Source: Desulfurococcales archaeon
GTDB taxonomy: Archaea > Thermoproteota > Thermoprotei_A > Sulfolobales > NBVN01
Reading direction: 5' to 3'
Length of the DNA stretch: 49,279 nucleotides
NCBI GenBank assembly: GCA_027023255.1
Contig: JALVVU010000066.1
Location: 1 to 49,279, forward strand
The notes under the pieces are model-generated. The model was not told where the DNA came from. It did not search any database and worked only from the letters and a program-made list of their open reading frames with translations. This document shows, one piece after another, positions 43,527-49,279 of the stretch; position 1 is the stretch's first letter, and each line of letters starts with the position of its first letter. The position numbers and the translations under genes were made by a program.

Positions 43527-45040
43527 TAACGCATCACCTCCTTCGGAAGCGGTGTTGACCTAATTATGCCGACATCGTTTGTGTAGAGGTTACGGATGTC
43601 GTTCATGTTTAGAACCATCATCGCTATCCTGTCAATACCTATACCCCACGCCGCAACGTTATGGCCCTTCAGCCCGACAGCGTAGAGTACCTCTGGCCTA
43701 AACATGCCTCCGGGGAACACCTCTATCCACCCTAGCTTAGGGTGTTTTATGTAACCCTCAACGCTGGGTTCCGTGAACGGGAAGTAGGCGGGCCTAAACC
43801 TTACTTCCCCTAACCCTAACCTCTTAGCGAATTCCTTGAAGAACCCCAGTAAGTGCTTGAACGTCACGTGCTTCCCAACAATTATGCCTTCGAGCTGATG
43901 GAACTCCATTAAGTGGGTTGGGTCAGGCGTGTCTGGTCTGAAGACCCGGTCTAGCGAGTATACCCTGTACTCTCCCTCCTTCCTAGAGTATATGGTTCTC
44001 ATGGACACAGGAGTTGTGTGGGTTCTCAGAACGAGCTTCAGGGCTTCCCTAGGATCCCACCTGTACTTCCACACCCTCTCATGAACCTCCCGCGTCCTCT
44101 CCAGCACGTCAGAGGGTGCAACACCTACGGTCTCCCCAGCGACGAAGTAAACATCGCTCTCCCTCCTAGCCGGGTGGTATTGCGGGACGAAGAGGACGTC
44201 GAAGTTCCAGAGGGCTGTCTCCACGTGAGGCCCCTTAGCTTCGACGAACCCCATTGACTCGACAACCTCTCTGACGTGGTTGAGGAACTCGACGTACGGG
44301 TGCTTCCTGCTGGGGTACTTCACAGGGACCTCGATGCTGAGGTCGAACTCCTTAAGTATCGCCCCTCTCCACTTACCGCTTACGATGACCTCTGACGTGA
44401 TCCTAGTTATTAGGGGGGCTTCGGATACCCTTCCCGCCTCCAGTAATTCCCTAAGGGTTTCCGTAGCCTCAACCTCTACGACCCTACTCTCAGTAACCTC
44501 AACCATACCACGTCGCTTGAGCTCCGCCACCCATTCAGGTAACTCACGCACATGAATGCACTCTGAGATATTCCCCAGTAGCTCTCTCGTTCTCCTTATG
44601 TCGCTTAGTAACTTCTCGACACCGTCGCCAGAGTAAATCACCTTACCAGAAACAACCTTAACCGCACCGTACTTCCTAAGCCTGCCGAAAGCCGCCGCGA
44701 ATTCATTCCTGCTTAGACCGCAGGCCTTAGCTAACTCCTTAACTGACGGGAACTCTCTTCGCACCCCAACGATTTTGAGCAGTCTCTCCTCCGGTAACCC
44801 TTCCTTTAAATACCTTCTGCCGTCGGGTGAAAGGCACACATGCCAGGTCTTAACCCGGAGAACCTTAACTAGGTTTTTAGACTCAAGCTCAGCTAGGTCT
44901 CTCATTATGTCACTTTGCTTCCTGCCGACAGCTTCCGCAAGTCGTGAGGCTTCGGCTCTTCCTCCCATGCCCGCTAACGCTTTAACCAATCGGTATTGTC
45001 GCTCGGGGAGGAGCACCCTTTCCTCTTCCATGAGTCCCAC
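43526..45040 (-). CDS. pheS: Phenylalanine-tRNA ligase, alpha subunit
   Basis: Class II aaRS motifs (FRPD..D.THL.EFHQLEG, GIGIDR) and N-terminal winged-helix repeats. Confidence 0.95.
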   Translation of the reverse strand: MGLMEEERVLLPERQYRLVKALAGMGGRAEASRLAEAVGRKQSDIMRDLAELESKNLVKVLRVKTWHVCLSPDGRRYLKEGLPEERLLKIVGVRREFPSVKELAKACGLSRNEFAAAFGRLRKYGAVKVVSGKVIYSGDGVEKLLSDIRRTRELLGNISECIHVRELPEWVAELKRRGMVEVTESRVVEVEATETLRELLEAGRVSEAPLITRITSEVIVSGKWRGAILKEFDLSIEVPVKYPSRKHPYVEFLNHVREVVESMGFVEAKGPHVETALWNFDVLFVPQYHPARRESDVYFVAGETVGVAPSDVLERTREVHERVWKYRWDPREALKLVLRTHTTPVSMRTIYSRKEGEYRVYSLDRVFRPDTPDPTHLMEFHQLEGIIVGKHVTFKHLLGFFKEFAKRLGLGEVRFRPAYFPFTEPSVEGYIKHPKLGWIEVFPGGMFRPEVLYAVGLKGHNVAAWGIGIDRIAMMVLNMNDIRNLYTNDVGIIRSTPLPKEVMR

Positions 45041-45098
45041 TACCTCGCCACCCTACGTGTCATGAAGAAAAATAAAACGGTTAGCTCTCCATAAATAC

Positions 45099-45107
45099 CT
45101 TTAAAAG
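45099..45107 (+). promoter_or_regulatory. TATA-like box positioned for a leaderless transcript starting at GTG 45128
   Basis: CTTTAAAAG is centred about 25 nt upstream of GTG 45128. ATAAATA immediately upstream could serve the divergent pheS. Confidence 0.35.
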
Positions 45108-45127
45108 CTGTAGGAATCCTCTCAACG

Positions 45128-45796
45128 GTGACAACGACGTTCATATGGGCTGAGCCAAGTAGTGCTATTGACCGACGTGAGTTAGTATTCTTTTGGTTGC
45201 CGGCCGCAATAGCTGAGTTCAGTGGATGCAGGGGGCGGAGGGATAAGTACCTTATTGACTGTTACGTCGCCCCCAAACTTAACTCCAGCATCGCTAGGTT
45301 CCTCCTTATTAGGAGGTTACCTAGGAACATTCAGGTCGTGGGGGAACCCTCGTTCAGCGCGAGAATAGTTAAACGTGTCGAGCAAGGCATGTCGGGGCTG
45401 CTTTCTGACGCGTCAAGGATGTGGAGCGCCCTCTCAAACCCGTCAACAGCTCTCAAGTTACTGGAGGAGGACATCCCTGAGGAGTACGTGGAGCCCCGTC
45501 AGCAGAGGAATATTCTTCGATTTCCGTTCGTGGATCCGAACGTTAGAGTGCGGGAGCGCATTCTTCACGTGAACCTAGGAATACTTAGGGACATACTGAA
45601 GGGGCTATGCCTAGATAAGCCAATACCGCCAACGACATGGCAACCGGTGCACGTCCTCGTAGGTTTAAACGTAAAGGACAGTCAAGCGTACTTATTTGTG
45701 GGTAAGTCGAGGATCACTTCTAAGGCACTAAGCGTTTTCATATTCAAGACAAACCTACGTGACGAGCTCCTAGGCTCGGCAAACATTCTGAAGTAA
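45128..45796 (+). CDS. Hypothetical protein
   Basis: 222-aa ORF with a GTG start and no recognised motif. It is divergent from pheS. Confidence 0.55.
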   Translation: MTTTFIWAEPSSAIDRRELVFFWLPAAIAEFSGCRGRRDKYLIDCYVAPKLNSSIARFLLIRRLPRNIQVVGEPSFSARIVKRVEQGMSGLLSDASRMWSALSNPSTALKLLEEDIPEEYVEPRQQRNILRFPFVDPNVRVRERILHVNLGILRDILKGLCLDKPIPPTTWQPVHVLVGLNVKDSQAYLFVGKSRITSKALSVFIFKTNLRDELLGSANILK

Positions 45797-45862
45797 CGCG
45801 GAGTTAGCAATACTTTAAATTCCGTAGAGACACTTAGGTTGAAGGAGGTTTGGAAGAGCAGG

Positions 45863-47110
45863 ATGAGTAGATGGCCTAGTAAAGATGAGGATTTACATAA
45901 AAGATTACACCTAAAACACGAACCTGTAAGGTATGAACCCATAACCGTCACTGACGCCCTACATGCGCTGAACCTTTACCTGAAAACCATAATTGAGCTT
46001 GGTACGTACTCCTATCTTTCGGGAGAGGAAACCGTAGCTAGACACATTATCGAACTCGAGAATACCATCGACAACACTGCCTACCAGTTACTCATCCATG
46101 CCTCACTAACTGTGGGTCACAACATAAGCAAAGCTATGGGCTCGCTCCCCCTTTACATTTACGTCTTAGGAGTAGACAAGATAACGGATGCCTTCAAGGA
46201 CCTAGCGTTCTTAACGTTAATGGGTTACAGACCAAGTAACGAACTCTACCGGTACTACGTTTTCTTAAGCGACGTGATCAGAGCTAAGGTACCCGGGAAT
46301 AAGTTGGCAGGCAAGACGATGGGCTGGATCCAAGAAGAATACGCTGTCGAGCCAATAGCCATACTAAGGAAGTCGGCGTGGATCCTAATCCCTGATGAGA
46401 ATGAGGTCGTGCGTCCAGGCGACGTGGTTTACTTCTCAGGTGTGAAGGAGAACGTGAATGACCTACTGAAGTCTATAGGGTTAGAAGAAATAACAGGTAT
46501 GGAGCCACCGCCAGGAATAGAGACAATTATGGGTCACATAGACTCCATGATAGATATAATAAACCTGCTCAATGACTTAGCCCACTATCAACTCAAAGCA
46601 CAGGATCCTGAAATGATTGAAGAAGTCATGGAGATAGAAATATTCTTCGACAAGCTAAGGCTGAAGGTCTCGGAAATGATCATGGACTCCAACAACCTCG
46701 ACTCCAAGGACAAGTTCTCACTCCTTACGCTAGTGACTAGGCTTGAGGACGTTACGGACGCGTTCGCATACGCGTTAACGCTTCCTGCGAAGGACGAGTA
46801 CAAGGAAGTGCTTTCACGTATGGTTGAGGGATCAGGTGAAAAAGTTCGGCTATTCTACGTTGCATCAAAAGTGAACATAGCCAAGCTAGCCGACGAGCTT
46901 GAGGAACTAGGAGCGACTGTCTTGGCCGTTAAGAAGCAGGGTGACTGGATAGCTATCACACCATACAATATCGGCAAGCTCGTCGCTGAACCGGGAGACG
47001 CGCTCCTAATAATGTACCCAATAGTGCTAGAGGAGGATCTAATGGATTTCATGAAAAGGTATAGTACCGAGTCAGAAGAGGTTGGCGGCGAAGAGGAGGA
47101 AGAGGAGTAG
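45863..47110 (+). CDS. PhoU-like / TrkA-C (RCK_C) repeat protein (COG3273-like), poly-Glu C-terminus
   Basis: Two TrkA-C-like segments (VRPGDVVYFSG..., AEPGDALLIMYP...) are separated by helical PhoU-like regions. ATG 45863 is preferred over TTG 45839 because a TATA-like box lies at about 45816-45824. Confidence 0.7.
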   Translation: MSRWPSKDEDLHKRLHLKHEPVRYEPITVTDALHALNLYLKTIIELGTYSYLSGEETVARHIIELENTIDNTAYQLLIHASLTVGHNISKAMGSLPLYIYVLGVDKITDAFKDLAFLTLMGYRPSNELYRYYVFLSDVIRAKVPGNKLAGKTMGWIQEEYAVEPIAILRKSAWILIPDENEVVRPGDVVYFSGVKENVNDLLKSIGLEEITGMEPPPGIETIMGHIDSMIDIINLLNDLAHYQLKAQDPEMIEEVMEIEIFFDKLRLKVSEMIMDSNNLDSKDKFSLLTLVTRLEDVTDAFAYALTLPAKDEYKEVLSRMVEGSGEKVRLFYVASKVNIAKLADELEELGATVLAVKKQGDWIAITPYNIGKLVAEPGDALLIMYPIVLEEDLMDFMKRYSTESEEVGGEEEEEE

Positions 47111-47113
47111 AGA

Positions 47114-47971
47114 TTACCTCGGTAGCAACATCTTAGTAGCTGCACCCAGGAAGGTCACTAGCTCCACGAACCTAAGCACATCGACAGCGTCCTTAGCCTT
47201 GAACCTAATGGTGAACGCGTCGACACGTTCAGCGCCTGGGATAAGACTCGCGAGCTCAGCCACAATCTCCCTCTTAACCTCAACCATCACTTCCGCACCG
47301 TTAGCGAGTTTAAGTGGACGTGCCTTACCGGATTTTAGGACGTTCCACGCCTCCTTCACACCCTCCTTAAGTTTCTGCACTATCTCATGTAGCGGCGGAT
47401 TAAGGGAGGCTGACCACGCCACACCCTTCTTTAGCGGAATGAACACTGCCCACGGCGTGTGCTTTTTCACGTGCTCCCTTAACGCCTCGTCGCCAGCAAC
47501 CATCACTACGGGCACACCGTACTTACCTGCGTACAAAGCATTAAGGTAGTACTCACTCGCCAGTTCCCCATTCACGTAGACCCTCTGAATAGTGGATGAA
47601 CTCATCGTGTGGCTGAGGTACGCTTCGCTTGAACCTGCTGGGGCATGGTAACCAATGAAGAGGACGGCATCGTACCTCTCCTTCTCTAAACCATGCACCA
47701 TCGAGAAAGGCCTTGGGAATCCCTGAAGGAGCCAAGCGCTAGTTTTGAGTTCCGTGTAGATAACGTTAGTCATGTATCCGTGACTATCAGCTATGACCAC
47801 ATGCTCGAATCCACAATTATAGAGTTCCTCAGCAACCGAATCCGCGATTAAAGTAATTAACTTTCTCGCATCCCCGTAGAGAGGTTGACCAGGGATTAGC
47901 TGCAGTAGGCCTGCAACGCCCGGAATGCCTTCAAGATCAACTGAAATGTATGCCTTCAACCCGGCACTCAA
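47114..47971 (-). CDS. Peptidase M55 (DppA-type D-aminopeptidase) family
   Basis: LKAYISVDLEGIPGV parallels the MKLYMSVDMEGISG N-terminus of B. subtilis DppA; the length is also compatible. Confidence 0.8.
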   Translation of the reverse strand: MSAGLKAYISVDLEGIPGVAGLLQLIPGQPLYGDARKLITLIADSVAEELYNCGFEHVVIADSHGYMTNVIYTELKTSAWLLQGFPRPFSMVHGLEKERYDAVLFIGYHAPAGSSEAYLSHTMSSSTIQRVYVNGELASEYYLNALYAGKYGVPVVMVAGDEALREHVKKHTPWAVFIPLKKGVAWSASLNPPLHEIVQKLKEGVKEAWNVLKSGKARPLKLANGAEVMVEVKREIVAELASLIPGAERVDAFTIRFKAKDAVDVLRFVELVTFLGAATKMLLPR

Positions 47972-48031
47972 GACTAACTCCTCCGAGAATATGCTGTGGC
48001 TAGGGAAAATAATTAACTACGTTGCGGATTG

Positions 48032-48544
48032 CTAGGACTTCCTGGTCTCGTACACGAGGTGCCTGACCTCAGGCAGAATTAATTCGTTAAGTGCCATCTT
48101 AACGGCGTCCTTGGAGCCCGGCGTAACGAAGATTAATGCAGAGTCAGTAACGCAGGCGAACGCACGAGTAGCTATTGCCGCCGTACCATGCCTTGTGAAC
48201 GTTAAGTATCTGAAGAGCTCTCCAAACCCAGGTAAGTCCTTAACGCATAATTCCTTCGCGACATCCACAGACAAGTCCCTCCGACTTATCCCCGTACCTC
48301 CTGTGACTATGACCACATCACATTCCTTTGCTGCCACAGTAATAGCTCTCCTTATCTCCTCACGCTTATTCGGAACGATGACAGCATTAACGAGTATGTG
48401 TCCAGCGTCAGTCACTAAGGAAGCCACGAGCGGCGTTACCTCATCTCGTCGCCGCCCCTCATAAACAGCGTCGCTGGTTACGACAGCGCAGAAGCGAACC
48501 ACTAAGCTTTCTGCGGCTTTCCTGTGCTCTTCAACAGGGCTCAA
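48032..48544 (-). CDS. moaB: Molybdenum cofactor biosynthesis protein B (MoaB/Mog family)
   Basis: VVIVTGGTGISRRD and PGSKDA motifs; 170 aa. Confidence 0.85.
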   Translation of the reverse strand: MSPVEEHRKAAESLVVRFCAVVTSDAVYEGRRRDEVTPLVASLVTDAGHILVNAVIVPNKREEIRRAITVAAKECDVVIVTGGTGISRRDLSVDVAKELCVKDLPGFGELFRYLTFTRHGTAAIATRAFACVTDSALIFVTPGSKDAVKMALNELILPEVRHLVYETRKS

Positions 48545-48909
48545 CTTCCTCCCCTCCTGCTACTCTCATACGCTTCAACAATGTCGTATCCCATTAACTC
48601 CTTGAACTTCCGGCGCCCTTCAGGCGTCATCCTAGTTGGATCCCAGGGAGGATCGAACACTACATCCACATTCACGTTCTTAACGCCTTCGACGCTTTGT
48701 GCCGCTAAGTAAACCTTGTAAGCTATCATGTTTGCAAGGGGGCAGCCAGGCGCTGTGAGCGTCATCTTAATATTCACGACCCCATCATCGGTGACGTTGA
48801 CATCGTAAATTAACCCTAGGTCCCACACATTGATCGGTATTTCCGGGTCGTAAACTTGCTTCAGAGCCTCTATGACCCTTTTCCGTATTTCCTCCTTGTT
48901 CACAGCCAA
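48541..48909 (-). CDS. DUF59/MIP18-family Fe-S assembly protein (SufT/PaaD-like)
   Basis: VYDPEIPINVWDLGLIY...MTLTAPGCP signature. A 4-nt overlap joins it to moaB. Confidence 0.85.
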   Translation of the reverse strand: MAVNKEEIRKRVIEALKQVYDPEIPINVWDLGLIYDVNVTDDGVVNIKMTLTAPGCPLANMIAYKVYLAAQSVEGVKNVNVDVVFDPPWDPTRMTPEGRRKFKELMGYDIVEAYESSRRGGS

Positions 48910-48982
48910 CCTTTAACGCACCTAAAGAACTTGGTCGAGCACCCTAATAAGGACAATGCGGTACCTCACACTAAGCTCCGTG

Positions 48983-49279
48983 CTAGGTCGTGGCGCTGTG
49001 TTTTTGCTGATTGCTGCCACCACCGAAGGCTTGACTTATGAAGGACTTAACACTGTACCCCAGAGCCGCTACCGACGCTATGAATAACGGGTACTCACCG
49101 ACAACGTAGTATATCCTCGACACTATACTCATTGTCGCCGCTTCCTGTACCCCAACACCTATGTAGCTTAAGAGGAGCATCTGGATGAACTCGAATATCC
49201 CGATACCTCCGGGCGTTATGGCTGGCAACAGCCAGATTATCGTGTATAGCGAGTCAAACGTTAGAAAAGCCTGCGGCAT
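48983..49279 (-). CDS. Membrane protein, flippase-like/UPF0104 (LPG-synthase TM-like) C-terminal part; 5' end outside window
   Basis: PGGIGIFE motif and hydrophobic helices. The ORF runs to the window edge. Confidence 0.6.
   Translation of the reverse strand: MPQAFLTFDSLYTIIWLLPAITPGGIGIFEFIQMLLLSYIGVGVQEAATMSIVSRIYYVVGEYPLFIASVAALGYSVKSFISQAFGGGSNQQKHSATT

Overview
This is a 49.3-kb stretch of an archaeal chromosome, very likely from a thermophilic crenarchaeon (Thermoproteota, Thermoproteales-like). Supporting evidence: archaeal-type riboflavin synthase, Hel308, two-subunit PheRS, HerA/NurA, indolepyruvate:ferredoxin oxidoreductase, ADP-forming acyl-CoA synthetase alpha subunits, TATA-like boxes about 25-45 nt upstream of starts, GGAGGTG-type ribosome-binding sites inside operons, and many 1-14 nt gene overlaps. 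I call about 48 protein genes, densely packed on both strands. I recognised no rRNA, tRNA, CRISPR array, transposase or integrase. Most genes are housekeeping: gdhA, PHI, ampS, ribC, iorAB, two acdA paralogs, a purine PRTase, a GlmU-like gene plus glmS, surE, moeA, moaB, hel308, pheST, and a lipoylation island (split LplA/LplB flanked by two radical-SAM proteins). The best candidate for something undescribed is a tightly coupled, visibly A/T-richer three-gene operon at 9.9-14.0 kb. It encodes a 339-aa alpha/beta-plus-helical protein, a 726-aa protein with about 9-10 TM segments and a roughly 430-aa coiled-coil tail, and a 315-aa protein with a small beta domain plus a helical domain. I can place none of the three in a known family. 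The operon follows the longest intergenic spacer in the window, which contains a perfect inverted repeat. Secondary candidates are a stand-alone NurA-HerA pair without Mre11/Rad50, a tandem pair of paralogous zinc-ribbon membrane-anchored proteins, an orphan Cas4-like nuclease, a divergent JAMM protein and a candidate C/D-box sRNA. All family assignments come from reading motifs by eye; no database search was run.
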